This document shows, piece after piece, positions 48,787 through 62,088 of a stretch of DNA of 64,000 bases. Position numbers and translations under genes: made by a program. The DNA comes from Sphaerodactylus townsendi (taxonomy: Eukaryota). Positions within the stretch are counted from its first letter, which is position 1. Each line of letters begins with the position of its first letter. The notes beneath the pieces are model-generated. The model worked only from the letters and a program-made list of their open reading frames with translations, was not told the origin of the DNA and did not search any database. The stretch lies in assembly GCF_021028975.2 (NCBI RefSeq), contig NC_059430.1, positions 26,598,001-26,662,000 of the forward strand, read 5' to 3'.

Positions 48787-49040
48787 GCCAGAGTGGCATA
48801 CTTGTTAAGAGCAGCAAACTCTAATGTGAAGAACTGGGTATGATTCCCCACTCCTCCATGTGAGCAGCGGACTCTAATCTGGTCAGTCAGGTTTGTTTCT
48901 CCACTCCTACACATGAAGCCTTCTGAGTGACTACGGACTGGACACAGTTCTCTGTGAACTCTCTCAGCCCCAGCTACTTCACAAGGTGCCTGCTTTGGGG
49001 AGGGTGGGGGAAGGCAATTGTAAAACCAACTTCTTCTTCA
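48787..49040 (+). mobile_element. Squam3-like SINE
   Basis: Head and body similar to 42723; (CTT)n tail. Confidence 0.78.
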
Positions 49041-49989
49041 CTCTGGATTTTTTAGGTGCAAAAAAGCTATGATTTGGCTGTAGTAATTGTGGTGTTCAGC
49101 ATGCCCTTATGGTGCACTTGGCTGAAGGTTGAGCATTTTCTCAAAAGGTTGGGTTACCCAGTCATTGCTTAATACCACAGACATCAGCCAGTATTTTTAA
49201 GCACAGTGATTATAGTTATTTGGAACACAGCAATAACTCCAACACACAGCTGACAGAGTGTAGTGAATAAAAACGTTCAGTTCATATCTCTCATCAGCTT
49301 ACTGGGCAATGTTAGGCTTATTGCTGATCTGTTAGCCTCTTGCCCTCTATGCGATATGAGATGTAACACAGCCAGTGGTTTGGATCCTGGTGGAAATACT
49401 TCCCTATTTCCCTGTTGCAAAACAAGTCCTTGTACTGGAAGAAAGCACACCCACCAGTGGAACAGAGCTGCACAGTCCAAGCAAGTAAGGTATAGTGTTT
49501 AGAGTACAGAGGGCTGGTTCATACGTTGCAAAACCTTTGAGGACACCACAAGGACTTTTGACCATGGGAGTTCCACACTTGGAATGGCATTCTCACAGAC
49601 CAAAGATGGGCACTATGGCAGAGCATCAAAGGGATGAAGAGGCAGACCTATCCTCCTATCCACACTCCATTTGTGCCCACCATATGATGTCAGAGGTCCA
49701 GAGCTCTGCCTCACTCTTGTCCCAAACCAGTAAAGACTTCTGGAGAAGATGGAAGAGAACCATGTAAATCAGAGAACTGGGTTCTATTCTCACACCTGTT
49801 TTCAAACATGTAGTCTCAACTGAAAATAAGAGCTGCTACCAGACTCCGACACATTTTCTATAGCCCAAGTCGAAGCACTTCTAGAGTAACATCCTTAGAT
49901 TTTAAAGTAGGCCATTGTAACAACACTTCAGATACAATTTCCCTCAGATGAGATAGAAAATAGAAATCAAAGTTTAAAAAATCCTGTAT

Positions 49990-50060
49990 CATAGGTGTAA
50001 AACTCGTGGCCCTCCAGATGTTATGGACTACATTTCCCATCATCCCCTGCCAGCATGATG
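49990..50060 (+). mobile_element. Truncated hAT MITE related to the 133-bp fold-back family
   Basis: CTCCAGATGTTATGGACTACATTTCCCATCATCCCCTGCCAGCATG; one arm only. Confidence 0.65.
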
Positions 50061-51809
50061 TCCTATCAGCTGAAGGACATAAGAATTCAAGGGAATGTTC
50101 AAATAGGGATGTCTGAGGAAAGGAGAAAAGGAAAACAACCCTGGCTTGACTGGAACACCAACTTGTCACAAACAAACCACATGGAATCATCTCTCCACCT
50201 CTGTGCCTTCAAATGCAGACTACTTGAAATGCTAACAAACAAGGAAACAAAAAGTTTATCATACGAAGAAGCATCCTATTAATAGCAAATCTCCAGCAGG
50301 AGCATTCTTCCCCTGTCTGAATCTGCTTCAATTGGCACTACCAACTTAATTGGCACACTGTTCGGAAACGGAAGGCTATAATTCGCATTCCAAAAGCAAC
50401 ATCACTTGGCACCCCCCCAACGAGAGGACAAGTTAAGGAGGAAGAGAATGAGGAGCACTCTCTCTCCAAATAGAAAAATGGTCTCTTGTGGCCGGTTCTG
50501 CTTTGGGTCTTCCCTCCCACAGATCCTGCCATATTTGTTTACGAACTGACAACTGGGCAGCCACAGAGACTTGGCACCCCACAAATCCCAATACAAGTAG
50601 GTCTCACAGTGCCTCTCCTTACTCCGTAAAATGCACAGAGCTGCATCCGAAGTAGGGCCCTTATTAATTCTACCACCTCTCCCCTAGTCCATTCCGATGC
50701 CTCTGTTGCACAGTGAGATCTTGCAGCCCTCCCAGCGCTGGCTTAATGCCGACATAGTTCTGGCATAGGCTCCCCCTGCCATGGAAAAGAATGAGCAAAG
50801 TGGAGCTGTACACGGGCCAGACCAGCAGCTGCACAGACATTCTGCCTCAATGCAGGAGAACCCTTTTCTTGTGTGCAGAGGCCAAGACGAAAACAAGAAG
50901 CATATGGGTGTCACAAATGTGGAAAATGCTAGATGAATTAGCACAGAAAGGTGCTTTGGAAGGACATGGTCACTGGAGGAAGGCGACTGCCAGAGGTTAA
51001 AGCAAGCCCTTCAGTGAGCAAAGCTGCAGAGAACTAGATTCACCACGACCCGTGAAATTCCTTCCCAAAATAGGACCAGGGTTTAATGTATTATTTAAGG
51101 AATATCTGAACAGATAAATATCCAGAAAAGAAAGAAGAGGCTCTGAACCAGCATTTATCTCATGAAAGCCCTACAGCTCATTACAAGAACAAGCTTCTGC
51201 TCTTTGCAAGCCCAGCTGTTTAATGCTGCAGCGCATCGCTGGTTCCCAGAGCACCACAAGTTAGTGCTATTGATGCTCACAAATACTGTTTAATGTTGGG
51301 CGCGCGCACGAACACACACACACACACACTCGCACAAACCCAAAGAGGCCAGCCTAGTAAGAAGAGACACAGGGTGCAACCGACATCACCAGTAGGTTCC
51401 AGTGCGAACTTTTAATGAAATTAATGGGGTTTGTACAGCAGCAATACCAAAGTTTACAGCCACAGTTAGCTCCTCTATGAAACTTCAGGGCTGTAAACCT
51501 CAAGCTAGGCAACTGATTACTCAAGTCATCTGGTTAAAATTAGGTAGACTTTAAAATGGTCTGTACAAGCAAGGGCCAATTCACCTATTGCAAAGTTGTC
51601 CTCACTGCTATGTATCTGCTTCCGGTCTTGTCTACTTGACTTGCCCTGGAAGTACTTATTTTCAAAAAATTAAATTCCAAGATGTGCAGGAGACCCTCTT
51701 TGGATTGGGACTGCGTCATGTCAAGCCTAAATCTTCCTTCCATGAAAAGGTTGAGAGAAACCACTAGTTAAATTGTCACTAAAAATGTAGGGAAGAGGTA
51801 AGACACGAA

Positions 51810-51878
51810 TTCCCTGCATAGTGCAGGGGGTTGGACTAGATGGTCTTGGAGGTCCCTTCCAACTCTTATGTTTCTATG
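51810..51878 (+). mobile_element. CR1 extreme 3' end
   Basis: GGGGGTTGGACTAGATGGTCTTGGAGGTCCCTTCCAACTC..TTTCTATG. Confidence 0.8.
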
Positions 51879-52344
51879 TAAGTTGAACTCTACTTAACTT
51901 CCAAGCTCGGATGAGAGCAGCTCTGATGAAAGTAGGCTAGTCTGAGCTATCAGGGTGGTAACAAGAAGCCCCTGAATTCAGAAGCTCCATGGGGTTGTTT
52001 CAGGTTGTGAAGACAAATCTTCCCTTGTTGTGAGGTCCCCCTCTGTGTGCACTGCAGTTCTGATACAAACTGGAGCCTCCCACACTTCTGAGCACACAAC
52101 TTCCAAAGCACACCTAGCTGGCAGGAATCAAGGTGGCCATATGAAGGATTTAATAACATGCGAATTGGCCCCAAGATCCATGCGAACAGATCTGTTGAAG
52201 ATGGATCAATTATTTTTAATAGAATAGGTTTTACAAAACAACATGTCTATAGCTTATATGGATAACATAGCTTAGAACTTCGATACTAGCTGCTGAGAGA
52301 ATTCCAGTGCCTCCAACCAAAAATCATTTTCTACCTCTGAACCA

Positions 52345-52517
52345 GTCACAGCAAAAACAATAACGCTAGGAAAGGTTGAAGGCAGCAGGAAAAGAGGAAG
52401 ACTCAACAGGAGATGGGCTGGCCCTACGAAGACCTGACCTGACCAAAGTTGTTAATGGTAGGATGCTTTGGAGGACTTTCATTCATAGTCTCCAATTTGA
52501 CAGCACTTAACACACAC
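52345..52517 (+). mobile_element. RTE-clade LINE 3' end
   Basis: Encodes KTITLGKVEGSRKRGRLNRRW; tail TTGACAGCACTTAACACACAC. Confidence 0.7.
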
Positions 52518-53769
52518 CTCTATCTGAACTATGTGAGCTCCCTTGTAACCTTTGGGGACTCCAAGGACACTGTCTCCACAGCCTTGCAATGGTAGACTTC
52601 ATTTGTGCAAAGCATAGTATAGTAGAAGCATGACCAACCTCAGACAGGGAGAGGCTTCAACACCTAAGTGTTCAATGGGAATTCAACTCCACTCTTACTC
52701 CTTTGCATTCCCAGTGCTGACAGATCTCCCAACTGTGCTCCTCGTTGTTGCGTTTTATTTGGCAAGGCCTCCCACACTTCCAATAGCTTCTCAAACGGCA
52801 GCGCTCAAATAGGGAAAAGATTCCTTACCCAGCTTTGTGCCAATTAGTTTTGCCCACATGGCTGTTACAGGCTGTCAATTACTGTTTCCTGTAAAAGTAG
52901 CGACTTAATTTAAGTTTTCCAGAATATGGTAAACAGGTATGAAGAGGTTTTCGTTTTCTGCTTTGTATGCAAACTGATATAATACCTCTATTGATTTCTC
53001 ATGTGAACTCTCTTTGTGAATACTGTTTTGCAGTGACTCGTGGTCTTATGAGTTATGGTTTTATGCAAATAAAATGAGCTTGAATGTATTGCTGTTGAAG
53101 GCACAAAGAAACACACAACTCAGACCAGCTGACTGCCCTCTGGGCCTCTGACCTTTGCACCACTTTAATTCCCGATACCTCTGAAATTTAAACTGCCTTT
53201 TGATAAAGTTTCTAATATGCAGAACAGCAAAATTAGGCTATCACGAGAAGGCTCTGCTTCTTAAATCCTGCCTGATATTCAGCGAGGCAGCTCTGAACAA
53301 AAAGGAAATGATGTATTCAGCCATCTTCTTGCTAAAATCAGAGATAAGCTGTAGGTAGATAATGGTGCTTCTCGTTCAATTATGTAAAGATTATATAACA
53401 GAATAAGCCTTACAAATTATCTGACTTTTCAAATCCCTTAAGTTACTGTCTTCATAATGAAATGATTAACAAGCAAGCTACTGCAGGACTTCAAAGCGGA
53501 GCGCATCATTCTAACCGCACATGGGGAAAACAAGCCCAAAAGCCTTTGCAAAATCCTGTGGTTTTATACTTCTCTGGCAGAATGTATGCAGTTCATTTTC
53601 CCCACGAAGTGACTTTCTGCATTCATTGTGCAACAGGTACACCTACCCACCCACCCCGTGCCCAAATACCCATTTCATGTGCCAACCCGGTGAGCAGCAG
53701 TCAGTAAGAGAGTTTCCTGCACCAGAGACAAAGAATCATCTAAAAGGCGTTGTCTCGAAATTCGTTATC

Positions 53770-54582
53770 ATTTCTGCCATCAAGTCACAACTGACTTATG
53801 GTGACCTCTGGTAGGGCTTTCAATGCAAGAGATGTTTAGAAGTGGTTTGCCACGGACTGCTTCTGTGTCAATCCCCTGGTATTCCTTGGCGGTCTCCCAA
53901 CCAAATATCTCCCAGGTTTGACCCTGCTTAGCTTCTGAAATCTGACGAGATCAGGTTTCCCCGGGCTGGCACTGCGGAGACCAGGAGGCATATTATAGCC
54001 ATATGTGGACGGAATGTATAGAAGTGAAAATTTTTTGGACAACCATAATGTTATATATCGAGAAACTGGTGAAGATTAATATTGGGATAAATAATGATTT
54101 AATGTTCATGGGTGTAATGGAGGACAGAAGGGTAGATAAAAAATATAGCTATATGTATAAAATAATGATCAAAGCAGCACATGCAACAATAGCTGTAGGC
54201 TGGAAAGAAAAGAAAAAATGGACAATCCAGAAATGGTTGGAATATATCTGGGAACAAGTGACACTGGACATTTTCGAAAAAATAACAAAAAATAAACTGT
54301 GGCAAGATAAACAAAGTGAAAATTTGAAGATATGGACAATATATGCGGACTGGATGAAAGAAGCTGGAGTCAATGAGGAGATATGGGAGAAGAGATTACA
54401 AAGAATGAACTTACTGCTGTTTGATAAAACTATGAAGAAAATACAGGGGGGCAGGGGAAAGGGGGAAATGTATTGTTTGAAAACGAATGAAGAAGAGTAT
54501 TAATATAAAATGGAATATTCAAATGATACAATAAAAAATTATTTTTTTAAAAAAGGTTTCCCCGGGCTATCCAGGTCAGGCC
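53770..54582 (-). mobile_element. 5S-derived SINE split by an L1 insertion
   Basis: Head GCCTGACCTGGATAGCCCGGGGAAACCT at ~54582-54554 continues as GATCTCGTCAGATTTCAGAAGCTAAGCAGGGTC from 53952 leftwards. Confidence 0.82.
53968..54553 (+). mobile_element. 5'-truncated L1-clade LINE (ORF2 C-terminus + poly-A region)
   Basis: HCG...HMWTEC knuckle, ORF 54003..54503, AATAAA and A-rich tail; perfect 15-bp TSD AGGTTTCCCCGGGCT (53953-53967, 54554-54568). Confidence 0.88.
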
Positions 54583-54695
54583 ATTTCCATTCCACTCACA
54601 TATTATTAAAAACTGTTGAGGGTAAATCAGATCTCAGTAGTTTACGGTGAAAAGAGTGGGGACATTTTCTTTGAAAGAAGTGAAGGAAACACTCT

Positions 54696-54836
54696 GGCCC
54701 CTTCGGCACACGCAAAATAATGCATTTTCAAACCACTTCCACAACTGTTTGCAAGTGGATTTTGCTATTCCGCACAGCTTCAAAGAGCACTGAAAGCAGT
54801 TTGAAAGTGCATTATTTTGCATGTGCGGAATGAGCC
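54696..54836 (-). mobile_element. 141-bp PIF/Harbinger MITE (copy 2)
   Basis: Reverse complement of 5356..5496; TSD TCT. Confidence 0.88.
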
Positions 54837-55564
54837 TCTGTCTTTCCCAAAATGAAGGTCAGGCCTACATGGTGCAGATCATATAAAATGTTTGGCAAAT
54901 TGAAAAACCATGTGGATATGTGAGTAAAAAGGCCGAGATGAAATCAGAGATGATACTCAGAATGACAAACAAGAAACAGGTAACAATTTACAGACAATCA
55001 ACACTGGAATTAATAATACACAAACAAAATCCAGAAGACTATTGATGGTCCTGAAGAAATGCCCTGCCAGCTGTTATCACCACAGTGGAATGTGCAGCAG
55101 GTAGACAACTGCTCACCCACAGAATCAGCAACCACACATGAGGTCATTGTTTATGGACTCAAGTACAACGTGCAGAGACTCCTCCACGAGTAAGAGATGA
55201 GCCTTTTTAATGACCTGCAATTACAGCCACTGTATTATGAAGCATCAGTAGCCATAACAATCTCTGGACAAAATTAAAAGTGAAGGCAATGTTAGGAGGA
55301 ATGTCTAAGACCACATCTGACTAATCCCCTCCAGAGAACCCTGACTTATGAATTACTCTTTAGATAAAACTGAAAAGACAGCCAGACCCCACAGGTTTTT
55401 TTTCTTAATATAATCTATATCACGTACAGTCTAACTCCTTTTCACAACTTGCAGCTGTCAAAACGTTCCGTCTTCATTTCTAAATGCTTCAAGAGCAAAA
55501 CTGATTGCTGCCCTGCAGCAACAAATTAAGGGATGGCAGACAGTGGAGGTTAGAACAAATCCAT

Positions 55565-55705
55565 GGCTCATTCCGCACATGCAGAATAATGCACTTTCAA
55601 ACTGCTTTCAGTGCTCTTTGAAGCTGTGTGGAATGGCAAAATCCTCTTGCAAACAGTTGTGAAAGTGGTTTGAAAACACATTATTTTGCGTGTGAGGAAG
55701 GGGCC
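55565..55705 (+). mobile_element. 141-bp PIF/Harbinger MITE (copy 3)
   Basis: Near identical to 5356..5496; TSD CAT. Confidence 0.88.
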
Positions 55706-56844
55706 CATGTTAATTTGAGAAACTACTAGTCATAGATGCCATTCACTCTTGCCCTTCCATTTTTCCTACTCTGTTCCTCAACTTCTTTGGCTGTTCTAAC
55801 TTTTCTGCAGTCGTCAGAACCATCCTCTCCTTTAACTTTCCTTTTCTAGCCTCCTGCATCTTCTACTCCATACGTTCTTCAGACCTTCCATCTCCCTGCC
55901 CTAAATTCATAGTAGTTCAGCCAAGGGCTATTAGAATAGAAAATAGACAGGCAACTGTGCTCAACTGCTCTCCCTGGAGGCAAGAATGAACTGGCAAGCA
56001 GAAGGGTGGCCCCCAACACAGGAAGGAAGCTGAAAAATTAATTAAGAATCCTACCTCCCTGATTGGGTAGAAGGCGATTACCCAGATGTCCTCTAGCTCA
56101 AATGGAGAACTGCACTCAGCAAATTCTACCTTCCATGCAAGTCTTGAAAGTTAGAAGAAGCCCTGTGGGATCCAAACTATCTAATCAACCAGAAGACAGA
56201 GGAGTAGGAGGTGGGGAATCAACTGGGCCACCCTTTCCCATCTATCTATTATAGCTCCTGATTTCCCTTTGGTCATATATTAGCATAGTTGGGTTGAGGC
56301 CTCCAAGAATTGCTGTGTACTCAGAATGATAAACTGTGAGACCTTTAGAATACCCTTATAAAGATGTAGCAAGGCATTCAAATCCCAGAGAACTGATCCC
56401 AAGGACAGCACCCACCATCTTTCTTGAGGAACATTTGTTTGTTCAATGAAGCACCTCTTCCTCAAAGCAAAAAGTCAAATCTGGTTTTTCCCCATTTCAC
56501 TACAATAGGTGGTGTTTCAGGCAACCCAGGGAGATAGAGCCATTGCATCTACAGCTGTGCCCACCCAGAAGCAATTTATTCCCATCATAGGAAGATGCTT
56601 CACTTGCAACCAGGGACCGCAATAGCCTAAAGAGAAATGTTCATTTAGCAAAGGCTTAATGGGGTATTACTTGATGTTATGAATAGCTTCATCTGCCTAT
56701 TTCCACACATTAAACCTCTGCTAAAGAGGCAGGTTATTTTTCTCCAGGATTGTGGTTAACCCTGCTTGCAACCTCCCAGCACAACATGTCCACCATTTTG
56801 TGATTGCTCTCCATGGCAATAATTTTGTCATAGCAACCCACCTC

Positions 56845-57042
56845 TTTTCGCTTTCAAGTCACAGCTGGTTTTCAGCAACCCCATAGAATTTTCCAGGCAG
56901 GAGATATTCAGAGGTGGTTTGCCTTACCTGCGTCCATGTCACAACCCTGGTATTCCTTGGAGGTCTTCCATCCAAATACTATCCAGGCTAGGCTGTAAGA
57001 TCTGACAAGACCAAGCCAGCCTAGGGCTATCCAGGTCAGGAC
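56845..57042 (-). mobile_element. 5S-derived SINE
   Basis: Reverse complement CCTGACCTGGATAGCCC...GTCAGATC...TAGTATTTGGATGGAAGACCTCCAAGGAATACCAGGG. Confidence 0.75.
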
Positions 57043-57817
57043 ATGGCACCCACTACTTGTCCTTAAAATTCTGAAAGTGCCCACAGCCTCGTGATCGAGG
57101 ACTTCTTTCTTAGAGCCACCAGGACAACAGATAAAAGGTAGCCACAGAGCTTTTAAAACCCCTACACGCAAAATAACATTGCTGCTTTCTTCTGCGTAAT
57201 CTCCATTCTGCCACATTTGTTTTCCAATATAGATAATAGTTCTGAGAGGGGGAAAGGTTACATGAAGGATCAATAGTATACTTCAGAAGCTAGATTTATG
57301 GAACAAAAGTGATCTATCCTTTCCTTTCTGAACTCATGCCCTCTAAGGGCCATCAAAGCCATCTGATGCTCTCAAGAGAAAAATGTTTGTAATTGCATTT
57401 CTGATTTAGCTAAGTGAGGGGGATAGTCACATGTCGCCAACCTTCCTTATTGACTACCCATGGGGGTGAGGGGAGCTATAATCCATACTTTCCCCATGTT
57501 CACTTATTATGATGTCACTTTCACCAAGCTGATTTAAGGCCCATTACTGTCCCAGAGAAATACAAGGAAACAGCATATCCTTCTGCATAACTCATTCCAA
57601 CAATACAGGGGCAGTTCAGTGACTTGGAAATAAGTCTCAAAGGGTTCACTGGGACTTACGGCAAAGCAAAATTGCGCAGGATTACAGACACTGGCTAAGG
57701 AAGACTCAATTTAACCCCGCATAGCATGGATCCAAGCTCTCATTAAGCCACAGTATGGCATTGAAACAGCAACATTCACAGTTCACCCAACTGGACGCTC
57801 GATATTTTTGCATATAG

Positions 57818-58572
57818 GGAACAAAATGGTGTAAAAGATCAGGATTCTATCCTAAAAATAATTGACCATATAAATAAGATAAAGATAGAGAAATATGCAG
57901 AACTAGAGAGGAAACTAATGTTAAAATGGTATAGAACCCCGAAGCAACTTGCATATATGATAAGAGGATTCAGTCCAAAATGCTGGCATTGTGGTGAAAA
58001 AAATGCAATTTACATACATATGTGGTTGAAATGTGAAGAGATTAAACAATTGTGGAAACAAGTTATATTGTATATAGAGAAATATGTCAACGTTAAAATA
58101 ACGGTGAATATAAACCTATTATTTATAGGTATAATGGAAAACAAATTAATAGAACAAAGGAAAAGGACATATTTTAAAATGATAAGAGCAGCCCACGCTT
58201 TATTAGCATTGGGATGGAAAGATAAAAGAATATGGTCTATACAGAAGTGGTTGGAATATGTATGGGAACAAGTACAAATAGAATTTTTTGGAATAATGTC
58301 AAGAAACCAAACATGGCAAGAAAAACAAATGGACATGAGGAGGATTTGGACTGAATTTGCAGATTGGCTAAGTGACATTGGAATCAAATAAGAAAATTGG
58401 AAAAGGAGAGTAGAACGGATGAACCTGATGATGCACATTTAAAGAAAAGAAGAAGAATTTTGGAGGGAAGGGTGGGGGAAAAGGAGTAAAATGGTATTAT
58501 GGATGTACTACAATGTTGAAATTTGAAATGTAAAAAGATCCAGAATATCAATTAAAATGTATTTTAAAAAGA
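57818..58572 (+). mobile_element. 5'-truncated L1-clade LINE (ORF2 C-terminus)
   Basis: ORF 57918..58391 KWYRTP...CWHCG...HMWLKC; 17-bp TSD GATAT(T/G)TTTGCATATAG (57801-57817, 58573-58589). Confidence 0.88.
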
Positions 58573-58879
58573 GATATGTTTGCATATAGCAACAGCACTG
58601 ATAGATCTTGGGAAATCCGATTTCTGAATATAGAAAGATGCTGAAACGAACACTTCCTGGATATTACTGCTTCCATCATCAAGGCTAGGCTAAACCAGAT
58701 CCCACCATCTAGACTAAATTTTGTTCTGGTTATCTGGTGAAGAACACAGATCTACTACTAAAAAGTGATGAAGCCCCAGAAAATCAGAGCTTGGGAGTTC
58801 TAAGTTCCTAGCTCCAATGCACCCATGCCTTAACAGCTCTTGCACACAGTCTTTTGTCTTGTGTCACCTGGTTGGGTAT

Positions 58880-59107
58880 GTGCCCAATCAAGTTATGGCT
58901 AACTTATGGTGATCCCATAGGGTTTTTAAGACAAAAGACATCAGGAAGTTGTTTGCCATTGCTTGCCTCCATTTGGGCTGAGAAAGTTCTGAGAGAACTG
59001 TGACTGGCCCAAGATCACCCAGCAGGCTTCATGTAGAGGAGTAGGGAATCAAACCTGGTTCTCCAGATTGCAGTCCACCACTCTTAACCACTACACTACA
59101 CCGACTG
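58880..59107 (-). mobile_element. Composite SINE: Squam3-like 5' half joined to a Sauria/5S-SINE-type 3' tail
   Basis: 58975-59107 matches the Squam3 head and body; 58880-58970 matches the tail of the 53770/56845 SINEs. Confidence 0.6.
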
Positions 59108-60558
59108 TCTGGTTACTGGACCATTTTGGATGAGAACTGAGGATTCGCGGGGCATCAACAGAGGAAGATGAACATATCTTCCCATGGTCCTGTTTGAACC
59201 AAAAGGACCCAAGTAAGAACTGTGACCTTACAAAACCACAGAATTCAACACCATATCTTTAAAATGATTATCCATATGTAGAAATAAAAAAGTAAAAAAA
59301 AGTTTATATTTTTTAAAATCCTGCAGTTATGTTGCAGGAGAATCCTCCCCACATAACCAATGACAAATTATGTCAGTCTTCTAAGATTTCGCATTAGACT
59401 GCCTTAGTACAGAAGTACTAATATATGGGCTAATCCCTCGAGGGCATGTATCTAGACAAATCTACTTAAACATTTAGCTCCAGCAACTTCATCCCGGTCT
59501 TTGCCTATTTCCTTACTCACAAACCTGAGCAGAGATTTTGAAGGAATTAGGCACTTTGAAGAAGAATTAAGCAGAAGGAGGTGATTAAGAAACATCACTT
59601 GAAGGAACTAATTTCCATTAGCTTTTAGGCCCAAGCGAGGTGTGATGGAAAAGCGGCCATGTTTGCTGACTCAAGGGTTCCCCGTGTTTATATGTATTGC
59701 AGAGGCTGAGTCTTTTTTAAAAGACACAAAATGTGTGACGGGAAACAAAAGGCTCCCAGCTGTGTTCCACTATATCCCACTGTTGGGTGTATATTTTAAA
59801 TTCTTAGACGCCTTGCCTTGAGCCTGCGTTAGGTGTGGCAATTTCCACTAGTTCCCTCTTTCCAGTGAAGTCTGCTAAACCCCTGTCAAGAAACTGAGCC
59901 CCTTACTGCAGTTTGTTATTGTCTTACTCATTGGTTTAGTCTTTATGCCTACAACAGGAAATTTAAGTTGGAAACCAACTTGCATTGTTGCTTGAGATCC
60001 AGTAAAGCTGTGACCTTTTGCAACCGAGATAAGAACCCAGGTGTTGAAAGGAGACAGTATCTATCCTGTCTCCCCGGCTAAGTCTCCAAGGTCAAGAACA
60101 GTGGAGCCTCATTCCATTCAATTAGCAAAATGAATCATGAGCCTTAACATCTGAGAGACACGGGAGGGCTTAGTAGGGGATAAATCCCCACCATTCCATC
60201 TCACTCTGACACTTCAGGTCACATGGTTAGTAACAGGGTTAGTGGTTAATTGACACCACCAGGTATGGATCTGATGGGTCAAAGGAGCTCAGGCCAACTC
60301 TGCCACTTGGCCATAAATTTCAGCATTTTCAGTTTAGTTTTGCTCTTGGTGCTTTACTCATAGCTCTTGGGTCCAACCTCGGACCTTCTGATTTTGTACC
60401 TGCTAGACACGCTGACTGCCCGTGCGGTCTTTCAGAAAGGGTGGGCTTTGAATGTTGGATGATTTCAGTGGGAAGGGTAACATCTGCTAATTTGAACCAA
60501 TGCTATTACAGTGAAGTTAGTTATTTCAACTTAACCTTTGTTGCTTTAAAGCCATTAG

Positions 60559-61031
60559 CAGCCTTGGCCCTGCTTATCTGAGGGACCGTCTCTCCCTATA
60601 TCGCCCTTCTAGGCTCCTCTGCTCATCGGAGGCGGACCTACTGGTGATCCCTGGCCCCAAGGAGATCCGGCTGGCCTCTACAAGGGCCAGGGCTTTTACG
60701 GCTCTGGCCCCTACCTGGTGGAACAGGCTCCCAGGTGAGATCAGGGCCCTGCAGGACTTACAAAGTTTCCGCAGGGCCTGCAAAACGGACCTGTTCCACC
60801 AGGCGTTTGGCCAGCCGGGATGATGTCAACTCCACCATAAAGAACATCTGGCCTCCCGTGGGTACACAAGGGGGGAGGGAGGGGTTGAAGCCATCTGTAG
60901 TTTTAATATTTTATGTATTATTTTATGTAATTTATGTATCATGATATGTTTTAAACTGTTTTATCACTGATGGACACCGCCCTGAGCCTTTGGGGGAGGA
61001 CAGTATATAAATATAATAAATAAATAAATAA
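60559..61031 (+). mobile_element. L2 LINE 3' end (ORF2 C-terminus, 3' UTR, (AAAT)n tail)
   Basis: Encodes LGPAYLRDRL...RARAFTALAPTWWNRLPGEIRALQDLQSFRRACKTDLFHQAF; tail CCGCCCTGAGCC...(AATA)n. Confidence 0.88.
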
Positions 61032-61982
61032 TCCTCATTGCCTTTTCAGAAATATTCTTGCACAATTTTAATAAATTACTTTAATTATATCATGTGGTGT
61101 TTTGTTTTCGGGTAGCTTCTAGCACCTAGGTGGCTACACCTATCAGTTTTGTGAAACTCATGCTGCCAGTGGTCTGTCTTGAAGGAGTGACTTTTTTGAC
61201 TTTAATCCCAGAAAGTTTGGAAGCTTGCCCCTTGGTTCTTTGGGGTGTGAAAATAGGCTGGTGGCAGCTACCCAGATTGGCTGGTAAAGATTCAGGGTAA
61301 AGATTCAGGGTTGTATAAGTCTGTAAGTTGCTGGCCCATCCCAAGAATTCCATGGACTAGGGGTTCTCAACAGTCCCTTCTCCATTTTGTTTCAAAAGAC
61401 CTCAAGAATAGCACCGGGGGGGGGGGTCTTCAGTGGGAACAGGAGACAGCAAAAATGGTCATAAATACCCCTTTTAGATTCTTAAACAGGATTCTAAAGA
61501 GGCAGTATAGAAATATCCTACAAAAGATTGGTTTCAAGCCTCTCAACTGCTTTAGGAGGACTGGTTTTTTTTTTATTTCTGGGGCACACTTTAAACACAA
61601 AGGATAGCCCAGGTCTCGCCCCAGAAATAAGCCATGCTGGAAGAAAAACGTTTTAACACAAATGGCACCCTGAGAAGTGATCGATTTTTATTCTACTGCT
61701 TCCTTCAAGGAGCTAAGAGCGGTGTATGTCAGTCAACTTGTAAGCTGGGGGTTTAATCAGGCATTATCATGTCCACAAGTACATCCGCATGCAATTGCTG
61801 CACATATCTGTATCAAGATTGGGCACACGAGAATGCTGATGAAATCACATCATGGGTAGTCTTCATAGTCCACAGTCACAAGATGACCATAAGTCTTTCT
61901 TGGATTCCACCAAGGGTTTTCATGATCCAGACATCATCCCATGGTTCCCTGCAGCTTTATGCTTTCTACAAACCCCCTTTTT

Positions 61983-62088
61983 ACACTTGGTCCTACAGAC
62001 AATCACACAGTGACTCCTATTCTGCAGAATTAGTAACACTTGGTCCTACAGGCAATTACACTGTGACTCCTATTCTGCAGAATTAGTA
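61983..62088. repeat. 53-bp tandem duplication
   Basis: ACACTTGGTCCTACAG...CTGCAGAATTAGTA twice, 3 mismatches. Confidence 0.9.
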
